NCBI GenBank assembly: GCA_002269645.1
Contig: NIVC01000059.1
Span: 434,001-498,000, forward strand
DNA length: 64,000 nucleotides
Direction of reading: 5' to 3'
DNA from: Macrostomum lignano
Lineage: Eukaryota
How positions within the stretch are numbered: position 1 is the stretch's first letter; each line of letters begins with the position of its first letter. A program made the translations under genes and the position numbers. Shown here in pieces: positions 9,922-20,809 of this stretch. The notes below the pieces were generated by a model. The model saw nothing but the letters and a program-made list of their open reading frames with translations, searched no databases and had not been told where the DNA came from.

Positions 9922-10625
9922 TAATTTAAGCATCGAATCTTTTACTTTAATTTTTGTCTATGGTTAAATGTGGGGGGCTGCGCCCCCCACACCCCCGCTT
10001 TTGACGAATACCTCTCCCACTCCCAGTCGCTTCCAACAATGTCTGTAGATTGAGTACGATCTTTGTCTGTTCTTTTGGTTCCTATGGCAGAGAAAGGCCG
10101 AGGACGCTGTCAACGCTGTCCTCGGCCTTTCTCTGCCATAGGAACCAAAAGAACAGACAAAGATTATAAACTTACTCAGACGAATTCGAAGCCACTTTCT
10201 CTAAAAATTTACCATAGAAACTCATTCTCTTCACCTTGAGCGCCATATAGTTTTGCATACGCTGACGAATTTAAACTCACTTTTGACGAATCCGAAGTTG
10301 AAAAGGTATATTATAAAGGCAAAAACCTTAATTGCTCCTGAAAAAAGCAGACGAGCGCATTTTTGTGAAGGAAATATTTCGTTATGTATATAATCTTTGT
10401 CTGCCAAAGATCTGTTCTTAGCCACAGCCGCAGCGAAAGAGACTTATGAAAGGAAATATTGTCATACTATAGCTATCTAGCCCATTAGAGAGACGATCAG
10501 ACGCATTTAGGTCAACAATGCTCTAGTAAAAATGTAGCAAATAACTATACGTGTAACTCAAAGAAATAACTTTCATGATAGATGGAGTCCATCCAATACT
10601 ACATCTTAGACTGTGTGCAAAGTTG

Positions 10626-10805
10626 CTAGGGACCGGAACTGGACTCTGACCTCTGCTGCTGTTGCTGCTGCTGCTGCAGTCGTATTCCGGCCTCCATTTT
10701 GCCAGCAATGTACCGGAAAACCTCGCGCCACGCCCTATCAACGGAAGCTGTGTAGCAGTCAGCCAGTCGTTCCCTCAGCGCGAAGCTGACAGCGGGCCAG
10801 AGGCG
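10626..10805 (-). CDS. Globin X-like protein, exon 3 (G and H helices, poly-Q tail)
   Basis: cag|CGC acceptor, phase 0; RLWPAVSFALRERLADCYTASVDRAWREVFRYIAGKMEAG..SSGP*; this frame is absent from the ORF track. Confidence 0.85.
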   Translation of the reverse strand, partial: RLWPAVSFALRERLADCYTASVDRAWREVFRYIAGKMEAGIRLQQQQQQQQRSESSSGP

Positions 10806-10974
10806 CTGGTCGTTGAAATTGGGGTTGCATGGTGACGTAAACTTGTTTTAAATACGTGCAAATAAGTGTTTGAGGCCACGTGAGTAGCGTCTAGGAGCTG
10901 TCATTCGCTACGTTGATGCAGTCAGGGTTGTAAGATTTTAATTGGAAAGAGGCTGTCAGAGATGCCAAGAGGAG

Positions 10975-11430
10975 AAAGGCGCTGACAAAGGCACCAATAA
11001 GGGGAAAGGCGCCAATGAGGAGAGAGGCGCTAAGAAAGGCGCCAATGAGGAGAGAGGCGCTAAGAAAGGCGCCAATGAGGAGAGAGGCGCTAAGAAAGGC
11101 GCCAATGAGGAGAGAGGCGCTAAGAAAGGCGCCAATGAGGAGAGAGGCTCTAACAAAGGCGCCAATGAGGGGAAAGGCGCCAAGAATAGCGCCAATGAGA
11201 GGAGAGGCGCTAAGAAAGGCGCCAATGAGGAGAGAGGCGCTAAGAAAGGCGCCAATGAGGAGAGAGGCTCTAACAAAGGCGCCAATGAGGGGAAAGGCGC
11301 CAAGAATAGCGCCAATGAGAGGAGAGGCGCTAAGAAAGGCGCCAATGAGAGGAGAGGCGCTAAGAGAGGCGCCAATGAGAGGAGAGGCGCTAACAAAGGC
11401 GCTAATGAGGAGAGAGGTGCTGAAAAGGCA
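10975..11430. repeat. 30-bp minisatellite (GCCAATGAGGAGAGAGGCGCTAAGAAAGGC)n in globin intron 2
   Basis: Tandem units; they explain the repetitive ORFs in three frames. Confidence 0.93.
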
Positions 11431-12214
11431 CCATTTTTTTCAATAATTGAATGATTCAATTAAATTGCAAAGAGATTCTTTTACTCAGTGAAAGATTGAA
11501 TAGTTTTTCATTATGCAGAGAGAAAGATCAAATAATAATTTTAAAAAGTTATTTTCGTTCATTTCTAGCTGAATATTCAGTTAATGAGTGTCAGATTTGA
11601 CTTGTGTAATTAATTTCATCTGCTATCTTGTACGCTAAAAGTGGTTAAAATTTTAATCAGAAAGCCGCAAAGAAGAACCGCTTTGTAAATTAGTTTTGCT
11701 TCCAGTCCAAATTATCAAAATTTAACAGTCCATGTTATCTATTGGCCCATAAAAGCAAAGCCATGATCGCTTGCTTCGCGAACTCCAGTACGAGTTTATA
11801 TCAATATTGAAGACCTTCAACTGAACCGAAATTTTGTTCTCAAAGCTGATTTGAATTTTTTTCCATTATCAATTTCCATTATCCAGTTTGTTGCATTAAT
11901 TGATTGCATTTCCGCGCTTTCAGCAGAGACCATTCAATTCATTTCCTATAGAAAACAGCAGGCTCGAAAGCTTTAAAAAGGGATCTTAGCGAGTGTAATT
12001 CAGTAAAAATAATCCATTTTCAAACGGAAACTAATGCAACCGGAATGCTATTTGTCGAAAAAATGATTAATTTGTAGCCTGGGAAGGCATTTCTGATAAG
12101 CTCATCAAATGTTCAGCTTCTTAATGTCAATTAGAAGGAAAATTAGTATCCAACTTCTGTGTGCTTTCGAGGTTATCTTACAGACTCAGGTAAAGGCGCT
12201 TTAGATGGGATGGG

Positions 12215-12590
12215 GATGCTGAGTAGGATAATAAAGATGCTGAGCAAGATGAAGATGCTGAGTAGGTTGAAGCTGCTGAGCAGGATGAAGATGCTGAGAA
12301 GGATGATAAAGATGCTGAGTAGGATGATGAAGATGCTGAATAGGATGAAGCTGCTGAGCAGGATGAAGATGCTGAGAAGGATGATGAAGATGCTGAGTAG
12401 GATGAAGCTGCTGAGCAGGATGAAGATGCTGAGAAGGATGATGAAGATGCTGAGTAGGATGATGAAGATGCTAAATAGGATGAAGATGCTGAGCAGGATG
12501 ATGAAGATGCTGAGTAGGATGATACGAGTAAAATGCTGAGTAAGGATAATAAAGATGCTGAGCAGGATGAAGATGCTGAGTGGGATAGGA
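12215..12590. repeat. Degenerate GATGCTGAG(T/C)AGGATGA(A) minisatellite in globin intron 2
   Basis: Tandem 18-21-bp units. Confidence 0.9.
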
Positions 12591-12661
12591 ATGCTACAAA
12601 CAAGTACATCCATCAGCATCTGTAGAAGTCCGTTACTCCGGGCCCAGTCGGCTCAGCTCAC

Positions 12662-12911
12662 CATGATGTACTCCGGTCGCACATCGAAGGCCTGATGCGC
12701 CCCGCCAAGTGACAGCAGTACGGAGTTGAGCATCAGCGTGTCGTCCAGGCAGTCGACGGCAGCTCCCAGCGATTGCATCACTGCAAGTCCGTGTCTTTCC
12801 ACTTTTTCCCGATCGAATTTCCCCGCGTCTCTGCCGTTCGATTGACGGCTGGGGTCAGCAGCCATCAGCCTGTAGAACAGGTCCCTCACCTCCCGGTCAG
12901 TTTGAAATAGC
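12662..12911 (-). CDS. Globin X-like protein, exon 2 (CD1 Phe, distal His E7, proximal His F8)
   Basis: aag|G acceptor phase 2 and ATG|GTGAGC donor phase 0; LFQTDREVRDLF..KVERHGLAVMQSLGAAVDCLDD..LLSLGGAHQAFDVRPEYIM. Confidence 0.9.
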
Positions 12912-12949
12912 CTTGTTTTGGTGTTCGATGAAAATAAATGGATGAATGC

Positions 12950-13390
12950 TACCTGTTAGACACCTGTTAGACACCTGTTAGACACCTGTTACACTCGCAG
13001 ATTGCACCTGTTAGACCCCTGTTAGACACACAGATGTCACATGTTGAACACCTGTTAGACACACGGATTACAGCTTTTAGACACCTGTTGGACACACAGA
13101 TGTCACATGTTAGACACCTGTTAGACACACGGATTACAGCTTTTAGATACCTGTTGGACACACAGATGTCACATGTTAGACACCTGTTAGACACACGGAT
13201 TACAGCTGTTAGACACCTGTTAGACACACGGATTACAGCTTTTATACACCTGTTAACACAGATGTCACATGTTAGACACCTGTTACACACACAGAATGCA
13301 CCTGTTAGACCCCTGTTAGACACACAGATGTCACATGTTAGAAACCTGATAGACATACAGATGGCACCTGTTTTACACCTGTAACACACA
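12950..13390. repeat. ACACCTGTTAG-based complex minisatellite in globin intron 1
   Basis: Repeated ACACCTGTTAGAC and CAGATGTCACATGTT modules. Confidence 0.88.
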
Positions 13391-13779
13391 TGGAAGTCTA
13401 GGGTTAATATAAAAAATACACATATATATATTTATTTAAAAATATTTCGTGGTATATTAACTTGATGGTAAATATGGTAAAAAAGTGAATTTTTTCGTGA
13501 AATAGAAGCATTTGTTTAAACAGTTAGTTTTTATAAAAGTTATTTATATGCCTTTTTAGAAGCACATTCCATCAATCCGAGCTCACAAAAAATAGAAGCC
13601 TGTCAAATACCGCATTACTATGCGGTAGAGTATACTAAAACTGCCTCCGTTAATGCAAATATTAAATTCTGCTTGCAGGGGATATATCAGAAATAATAGC
13701 GTTGTGCTCATGCCATCTAAAAACAGAATACTCAGCCAATAAATTTAGCGATAAACCTTCCCGTGCTCCCAACTATGAC

Positions 13780-13895
13780 TAATACTAGCTATGACCAATA
13801 CTAGCTATGACAAATACTACCAATACTAGCTATGACCAGTACTAGCTATGACCAATACTAGCTATGACCAGTACTAGCTATGAACAATACTAGCT
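13780..13895. repeat. 16-bp minisatellite (CAATACTAGCTATGAC)n
   Basis: About 7 tandem units. Confidence 0.85.
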
Positions 13896-13948
13896 GCGTA
13901 TGACTAATAATATGCCCAACCCATCACGACAAATACCCGTTCCCTTAC

Positions 13949-14139
13949 CTGGTGAACATGAGCACTCCAGCGCCACGCAGGTCATCGCACAGTATGGCCC
14001 AAGTCTCTCTAACCAAGCCAATCTGTGACTCCGTAAGGTAATCGCCAATTTGATCGTCCAGATTCTGCTTAGCGGTCCTTGGCGCCGGGCGAGACGAAGC
14101 GCCGTTCGAAGCGGCCTGAGTAACGCATGCGCAGCCCAT
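13949..14139 (-). CDS. Globin X-like protein, exon 1 (MGCAC N-acylation motif, A and B helices)
   Basis: MGCACV..LTESQIGLVRETW..AGVLMFT(R); donor AG|GTAAGG phase 2 at the classical B12.2 position; whole protein about 206 aa. Confidence 0.9.
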
Positions 14140-14514
14140 GTCTTCTTTACCGAGGATAAGTTTGAACGGTCTGTCAGACTGCTGATATTAAAGCAGAATT
14201 CACAATGACTCAGAGATTGGTTGCGGGTCTGTCTGCAGTCGCATTGGCTGCTGGGGCGGTAGGGCAACTCATAATTAATATCTTTCTTCTTCCCCTAGGG
14301 ATTAGGCCATCCTTTTTAGTTCTCTACTCGAACTTACCCGTATTCTCTCCTGCTTAAAGATCGAATCAATACGAAAAGTGCTTCAAGTACTTCTTGTAAA
14401 AGGATGGCTAGAAAGTATAGATCTCTAGTGAGTGGATAAGTTTGGACAATCAAGTTTCTGTTAATGGGTCTCCTGTCGTTTCTGCCAACCTTTGTCACTT
14501 AATGATTCTCTTAG

Positions 14515-15395
14515 TGGGCGCCCCTGTCTCTTGGAGGGCGTCCCTGTCTCTTGGAGGGCGTCCCTGTCTCTTGGAGGGCGTCCCTGTCTCTTGGAGGGCG
14601 TCCCTGTCTCTTGGAGGGCGTCCCTGTCTCTTGGAGGGCGTCCCTGTCTCTTGGTGTGGCACCCCCTGTCTCTTGGAGGGCGTCCCTGTCTCTTGGTGGG
14701 CGTCCCTCTTGGAGGGCGTCCCTGTCTCTTGGAGGGCGTCCCTGTCTCTTGGAGGGCGTCCCTGTCTCTTGGAGGGCGTCCCTGTCTCTTGGTGTGGCAC
14801 CCCCTGTCTCTCGGTGTGGCACCCCCTGTCTCTCGGTGGGCGTCCCTCTTGGAGGGCGTCCCTGTCTCTTGGTGGGCGTCCCTCTTGGAGGGCGTCCCTC
14901 TTGGAGGGCGTCCCTGTCTCTTGGAGGGCGTCCCTGTCTCTTGGAGGGCGTCCCTGTCTCTTGGAGAGCGTCTCTGTCTCTTGGAGGGCGTCCCTGTCTC
15001 TTGGAGGGCGTCCCTGTCTCTTGGAGGGCGTCCCTGTCTCTTGGTGTGGCACCCCCTGTCTCTCGGTGTGGCACCCCCTGTCTCTCGGTGGGCGTCCCTC
15101 TTGGAGGGCGTCCCTGTCTCTTGGTGGGCGTCCCTCTTGGAGGGCGTCCCTGTCTCTTGGAGGGCGTCCCTGTCTCTTGGAGGGCGTCCCTGTCTCTTGG
15201 AGAGCGTCTCTGTCTCTTGGAGGGCGTCCCTGTCTCTTGGAGGGCGTCCCTGTCTCTTGGAGGGCGTCCCTGTCTCTTGGTGGGCGTCCCTGTCTCTTGG
15301 AGGGCGTCCCTGTCTCTTGGTGTGGCACCCCCTGTCTCTCGGTGTGGCACCCCCTGTCTCTTGGTGGGCGCCCCTCTCTCTTGGTGTGGCGCTCC
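14515..15395. repeat. 20-bp minisatellite (GGAGGGCGTCCCTGTCTCTT)n
   Basis: About 44 units with variant units; open in several frames. Confidence 0.95.
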
Positions 15396-16930
15396 TGTCT
15401 CGTACAAGGAAAACACAGGTAGAAGGTTGGGAAACTACGCTTCCTGAAAAATTTTAGGAGGCAGGTTTTACCAAAAAGAGCATTTCGGAGAATCCTAATT
15501 ATCTAAACAAATTGCTGTATGCAAATATCAATAGCTAGCTATAAGAAAGGCAGGTCCTATCAAAAAGAGGATCATTGGGTCTGCCTTCCATCAAAAGCAA
15601 TTAACAGATATGCTGGAAAAAATGAATACCTCCATTCTCCGTAGTGTATTTTTTCAGTAAAATCTGCCTCTTTAAATTTTCCAAGAAACGTATTTTCTTT
15701 ATTTGAGTAGTCCTTGGTCTATTATTGGGCGTCCTAAATTCTCTTGGTGGGGACGGCAGATGCAATGTGTAGCAGATAGCAAAATTTCATCTCCGTTCAC
15801 TGTATTCAGTTTATTAAATGTTTATGTAGTGTTTCAATATGCTGGAGCGATCGGGTAGGGGGGCCTCGACCCCTCAGAGTGCGCCACAGAGTTAGGACTC
15901 AATGTTACTCTTCTTTTGGACATCTGTTATGTACATTTACGTAGATAATTGACGAATTTAGCTACTGAATTAGTGCAATTATGCAGACAGAGAAGTGCAA
16001 GGCAGGCCATTATCATCTTGTTGACGGTAATTTTTGTTTTTAAAATCCCAATTGTACGAGCTGGAGCATCTCTGGTACAGACAGCTGTCGCTTCAATCAG
16101 GACCCCGGACTTTGGTTCTTTGATGTGTGCCGCCTCTTCCGTACGACTGCAGAGCAGCACACCGGCATCCAGTTTCTTTCAGGCTTTCAACAATTTTTTG
16201 AATCCTAAATCTATAAATAGAGGCTTTTCAAATCCTTGAAAACGTCACGCACTCGACAGAGCCTTGGTGATCGAGACTGAAGTGGAAGGACGCCCTGCTC
16301 TTGTAAATTCGTGCTAACTTTCGATAGATACTGCGGTGTCCGCGGTAGTGACGCTCTGTTTGTAGGATTTACATGGACACGAACAGGTGCGGTGACGCTC
16401 TGTCTGTAGGATTTACATGGACACGAACAGGTGCAGCGTCTGTAGTTTGTATTTATACGAAATCGGTTAAACTATAAATAATGAAACACATCTACTCCTT
16501 TTGAAGGCTCACAGAGAAGAGATCTTTTAGTGCAAAGGCTGTTCTGATAGAGACATAGAGCAGTGTGTACCCTGCCGCACTTTAAGGGACATTGTCACAA
16601 AATCGGTGAGGTATTGTAGTGTCCATTTCGCCGAGCCGAGATTCCAATTTACGAGTAGCCCTAAAATTAAAATGACTGCACTTAAAATCAGCACATACGG
16701 AGAGCGCCGCGCTACACCACTAGGCTACGGCCCGATTCAACCATAGACAATTTCGCAGTTATAATTTTCCTGATTGTTTATTTGAAAGACCAACGCTATC
16801 CCGGCATGCTGAATGAAGCATCAAGCTCAGAATCAGTCACTAACTGAATGCAAACAGCGTTTGCACCGAATCTGACAGGCTGAACTCCCAGGCTAGTGAG
16901 TGCCTGGCAGTCCTGCAAGTCCGGCAGCGG

Positions 16931-19900
16931 ATGAGTCAGCAGTCGGACTCTCGGTCCCGGCCGGTCTGGTCGCGTCAACGGCTTCGACGTCGGTTGGACG
17001 ACAGTCTCACCCGCGTTCGCCGCCAGTTTGCCAGCCTGCGTCGCCGATTCAGCTCGAACTGTTCCAGTAGTCGAACTGGCACGGGCGATCGGGGTCTTCA
17101 TCGGTCGCGTCGGTCGGAATCGGCAGCCTCTTTTTCAATCAGCGGCGTCACCGAATCAACTTCCGGATTGGATCGAAGCTTCAACAGTTGCCAAGGTAAC
17201 AATAACGATAGAAGCGTCGAACTTGAACTGAACTGCAGCGGGCGAGTCTACGCGCCGAAAACTTGCCTAAAAAATCGATCAAACAATGTTTCTACCGTTG
17301 GAGCGACACGACAGTCGGCGGTCCCGGTGACCATCGCCAAGGTGCTGATGCCGACGTTCAGCCGAGACAGCGTCAGCGGCGATGCCGACAGCGGCCGCAA
17401 CTGCCCGGCCTACGTGCCGGCCAACGCGCTGAAAAACGTGACGCCACTTCGTCGAGTGTGGATGCCGCCTGCGCCTACAAGGCCCAGCGTCTCCAATCCG
17501 CTGTATCGACGTCAGTCTCGCCAAATGAGCGTCGCCACAACGGGAAGTTTCGCCTTCAATGGTGGCACAACCTCAGAGATCATCGAGGTGGCGGTCTACG
17601 CGGCCACGTCCTCTTCCTCAAGCAGCGAGGAGATGATCACCACTGGGGGCGTTTGCCTGCACGAACCGAGTGACATCGTGTCGGAGGAGCAGATCCACGT
17701 AGGCTTGGAGATGGTGGACGGCGACAGCAACTCGGAGGCTTCGCTACCGCATGAGCCGGAGCCGGAACCGCTGTTGCCACCGCCACTTCCGCCACCTCCA
17801 CCGCCACCGCCGCCACCGCCGCCACCGCCGCCACCGCCGCCACCGCCGCCACCACCGCCACCACCGCCGAAACAGGAGCAGCCGGTTGGTACAACCGATG
17901 CAGCGGGTGACGGAGGCGGCGGCGGTGGTGGCGGCTGCTGCGGCTGCGGCAAGTCCAGCAAAGTCAAGCGAGTATCGGAAAAGACCGAGCCAGACAATTC
18001 CGAGGCTGAAGAAGTCACTGAAGTGTCAGCAATTTCCGACAGTCAGCTTGCCGATGACGAGGAACAGTTGATTGTGTCCCAGCGGTCACTGCCGCCAGTT
18101 GTCGAAGAAGAGTCGACAGCCTCTGCTGTAAGCGTCGCCACGCCGACAGTGGACACCGCAGCTGGAGGCAGCGACGGCAGCAGCGTCCAGCTGATTGCCG
18201 AAACGCCTCGGCCAACATCATCGGACTCGGCACAGAACTTTAGCGGCTCCACAGAAGGTAGCGACGAGGAACTCGAAGTCGGCATTGACAACGCAATGGC
18301 AGCTCTTACTCCGATCAGAAAGGTCAGCCAAGTTGAGACGCTCCCGTACCGATCTACTAAGCCGTCTATGACGTCCAACCCGCATTCGCCTCCCAGCGGG
18401 CCGCGGCATTTCGCAGACAAATTCGCTGCGATCAGTTTGGCCCAGCAGCAGCGGCAGCAACTGCTGTTGGACTCTTCCAGCACCAATTCGGAGGAGAGCT
18501 GCCAGCCGTTGGTGATTGCCGGGGTCAGGTTTAACAGCGTCAGCAACACCGTCAGCAACGATAGCAACAGCATGAGCAAAAGCAGCAGCACCAGCAGTAG
18601 CACTTGGCTCACACAAGAGCTGGAAGTCTCCATAGCGGGTCTTCTGGAGACTCCAAATCAGTCGCCGCAGTATCTGAACTCGCTTACCTTCGAATCGACA
18701 GGCAGCAGCAGCGACGAAAGTACACGGCTTACATTAATCTCAGAGGTGCCCAGGCAGGATTCGATATCATCCAGCTCGGAAGCCTTCTCCTGGTCGGTTG
18801 AAGAGGTGCATGTTGGCAGCGGCAACAACTGCTTAGCGGCTCTTGGACCCGTCCGCAAGCAGGAGTGGGAGGTGCTGGCTCCGGTGCAGACTCGGCAGCA
18901 GAATGTTCGCTATAGGACGTCGAGTCTAGCCAAGCAGGACGGCACGCCGGCAGGCGGACGGCACTGCAGCTACAGCACCAACACGATGCCCTCGGATGGC
19001 ACCGCGGAGCGTTCGATTGACAGCTCCAGTCAGCTGCTGTCGCTGTTCAATCGGCACCGACGGCGACGTCCCCGACTGCAGCAACAGTGCTGGTCGAGTT
19101 CAACGAGCAGTCAGCGCAACAGACGCAGACAATCAGACGGCTTGGAGCGACAGCAGGCGGCGCAGGTGGCGGACAGCCGATGCCTGACCATTCGAGCGCC
19201 AGTCGGTGCCATCACGGACGCTGCGCTGAGAAAGCTGGACCTCACAACCGCAATGCGCAGCTGCTCGCTGTGCCCTGTGGACAACCTGCCGCCTCTAGTT
19301 AACAACGCGGCTGCCACGGCGTCCGCCTTGCCAACACTTGAACGCGAAGCCGTTAGCAGCTCGCGACTTGAATCGTCAATTGTGTTCCAGCTGGCCAGTA
19401 GAATCCTGGACGATCGTAGCAGCTTCAGCAGCGGCGGCGGCCAACGACGCAGCGAGGACAACGACCCGGACAACCCTCTAGGCCGGCCAATGTTGGTTGT
19501 CAGCGACGACGGGAGCTCGTGGCGAGCCCGGGAGCAGACACTCTGCTTAATCCAATCGCCGCCTCTGATCATGCAGGCTCGCAGTGTTCAGTGCTCCATG
19601 GGCGATCGGCTGCAGCGGTTGCAACGCTCGCAGAGGCTGCGAATTCATCAGTACCTGCTGCCTCAGTCAGGCCCGCCGCTACAGCAGTCGGCGCTCTGCT
19701 ATGGCGTTGAGAAACAACTGTCCGAGCTCGCTACAGTTTCCTACGAAGGCGACGGCTGCAGTCGCTCTCCGGCTGTCGCCTTCGTGGCCGGCAGTCGAAT
19801 CATGGTGGAATTTGTGTCCCTCCTGGCTATCGACTGGCTAAAGCTTAGCCGAGCCGCGCTGTTCTTGGCGCCTATCAGTCTGCACCGAGACGACACGGGC

Positions 19901-20809
19901 AGGATGGGCGCCGCGTCTGCAAAATTGGCAGCGAGAGAAACCGCAGTTTTCAGCGGCAGTGTCGGAAGCAGCAGCGGAAACGCCTTGCGTCACGGCCCGT
20001 TGGAGCCGCAACTTCTACTGGCCTGCGACTTCATCGCTGGCACCCTGGAGCCGGCGATGAGCACCAAGTTTGCTCTGGCGGCAGCCGCGGCGCCGCATCC
20101 GCAGGTTGGCCAGCGGAACAACTGGAACGCGTCAAATAACTCAGCTGACCGGAGTCTCGACCGCTGCCGTCGGCTTCTCGCCCGGCTGCTTCACCGTTCG
20201 ATCTCGTCGTGCTCGGCCTCTTCTTCCTCGTCCGCCTCGTCTGCGCCAAACACGATGACGTCATCTTCGCTCAGGCGGGTGGTCAATTTGACTGGTCGTC
20301 GAGTAGCGGAAATGTCGGCGCAGCCGTGCAGCCGGAACTACTGCCAGGCCGCGCTGCACACTTCGTTGCTGATTTTCGATTCGGACTCGAGTGGCGGCGG
20401 CAGAGCAGACAGCCGCAGCGTCTGCCACAACAACAACAACAACGCTTACAGCGATGAGCCAATCTACATGAGCCACCCCGATCGTCGGACCACCTACTTT
20501 GCTCGACGTTGCGTCGCCAAAATCGAGGAGAGCGCGGCGATCGTCATCCAGGAGACGCCTAGCCGGCCGGCCGAAGCAATGGCGGTCACGACCGTCCGAT
20601 CGCAGCGTCGGGCGGTCCAACAGCTGGCCAGGACTCGGCCGGAGCTGCTATGGCCTCCGCCAATCGCCGGCTGTCAGCGAATGCTCAGCCTGTTGGATGA
20701 AACGGTGGCGAGCTTCATCTGGTGGAGCCTGCTGCCGCTTCGTCGGGACCGCGGAGGCGTAGAAACACTGGCCACTAAGCGAATCCGCGACGCTAGTCGC
20801 AAGCGATGA
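16931..20809 (+). CDS. 1292-aa single-exon protein, mostly disordered (Ser/Pro-rich), possible degenerate BTB-BACK module near the C-terminus
   Basis: 3.9-kb stop-free GC-rich frame with AT-rich flanks and AATAAA near 20944; trinucleotide-coded poly-Pro/Gly/Ser; the domain call is a motif resemblance only. Confidence 0.8.
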   Translation: MSQQSDSRSRPVWSRQRLRRRLDDSLTRVRRQFASLRRRFSSNCSSSRTGTGDRGLHRSRRSESAASFSISGVTESTSGLDRSFNSCQGNNNDRSVELELNCSGRVYAPKTCLKNRSNNVSTVGATRQSAVPVTIAKVLMPTFSRDSVSGDADSGRNCPAYVPANALKNVTPLRRVWMPPAPTRPSVSNPLYRRQSRQMSVATTGSFAFNGGTTSEIIEVAVYAATSSSSSSEEMITTGGVCLHEPSDIVSEEQIHVGLEMVDGDSNSEASLPHEPEPEPLLPPPLPPPPPPPPPPPPPPPPPPPPPPPPPPPKQEQPVGTTDAAGDGGGGGGGGCCGCGKSSKVKRVSEKTEPDNSEAEEVTEVSAISDSQLADDEEQLIVSQRSLPPVVEEESTASAVSVATPTVDTAAGGSDGSSVQLIAETPRPTSSDSAQNFSGSTEGSDEELEVGIDNAMAALTPIRKVSQVETLPYRSTKPSMTSNPHSPPSGPRHFADKFAAISLAQQQRQQLLLDSSSTNSEESCQPLVIAGVRFNSVSNTVSNDSNSMSKSSSTSSSTWLTQELEVSIAGLLETPNQSPQYLNSLTFESTGSSSDESTRLTLISEVPRQDSISSSSEAFSWSVEEVHVGSGNNCLAALGPVRKQEWEVLAPVQTRQQNVRYRTSSLAKQDGTPAGGRHCSYSTNTMPSDGTAERSIDSSSQLLSLFNRHRRRRPRLQQQCWSSSTSSQRNRRRQSDGLERQQAAQVADSRCLTIRAPVGAITDAALRKLDLTTAMRSCSLCPVDNLPPLVNNAAATASALPTLEREAVSSSRLESSIVFQLASRILDDRSSFSSGGGQRRSEDNDPDNPLGRPMLVVSDDGSSWRAREQTLCLIQSPPLIMQARSVQCSMGDRLQRLQRSQRLRIHQYLLPQSGPPLQQSALCYGVEKQLSELATVSYEGDGCSRSPAVAFVAGSRIMVEFVSLLAIDWLKLSRAALFLAPISLHRDDTGRMGAASAKLAARETAVFSGSVGSSSGNALRHGPLEPQLLLACDFIAGTLEPAMSTKFALAAAAAPHPQVGQRNNWNASNNSADRSLDRCRRLLARLLHRSISSCSASSSSSASSAPNTMTSSSLRRVVNLTGRRVAEMSAQPCSRNYCQAALHTSLLIFDSDSSGGGRADSRSVCHNNNNNAYSDEPIYMSHPDRRTTYFARRCVAKIEESAAIVIQETPSRPAEAMAVTTVRSQRRAVQQLARTRPELLWPPPIAGCQRMLSLLDETVASFIWWSLLPLRRDRGGVETLATKRIRDASRKR

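Larger units (their letters stand above)
7422..10308. mobile_element. Outer Tc1/IS630-type DNA transposon, ~140-bp TIRs, TA-flanked, rearranged, with nested insertions
   Basis: 7422-7563 is the near-exact reverse complement of 10171-10308; TA at 7420-7421 and 10309-10310; TTCGTC motif repeated within the TIRs. Confidence 0.85.

Noticed and set aside
7422-10308. Fanzor/TnpB nuclease cargo in the Tc1/Crypton composite
   Set aside because: No RuvC or zinc-finger motifs seen in any listed frame
10942-15457. Repetitive ORFs (NEERGAKKGA, RMMKMLS, LLEGVPVSW and others)
   Set aside because: Minisatellites that are open in several frames and on both strands, lying in globin introns or intergenic DNA
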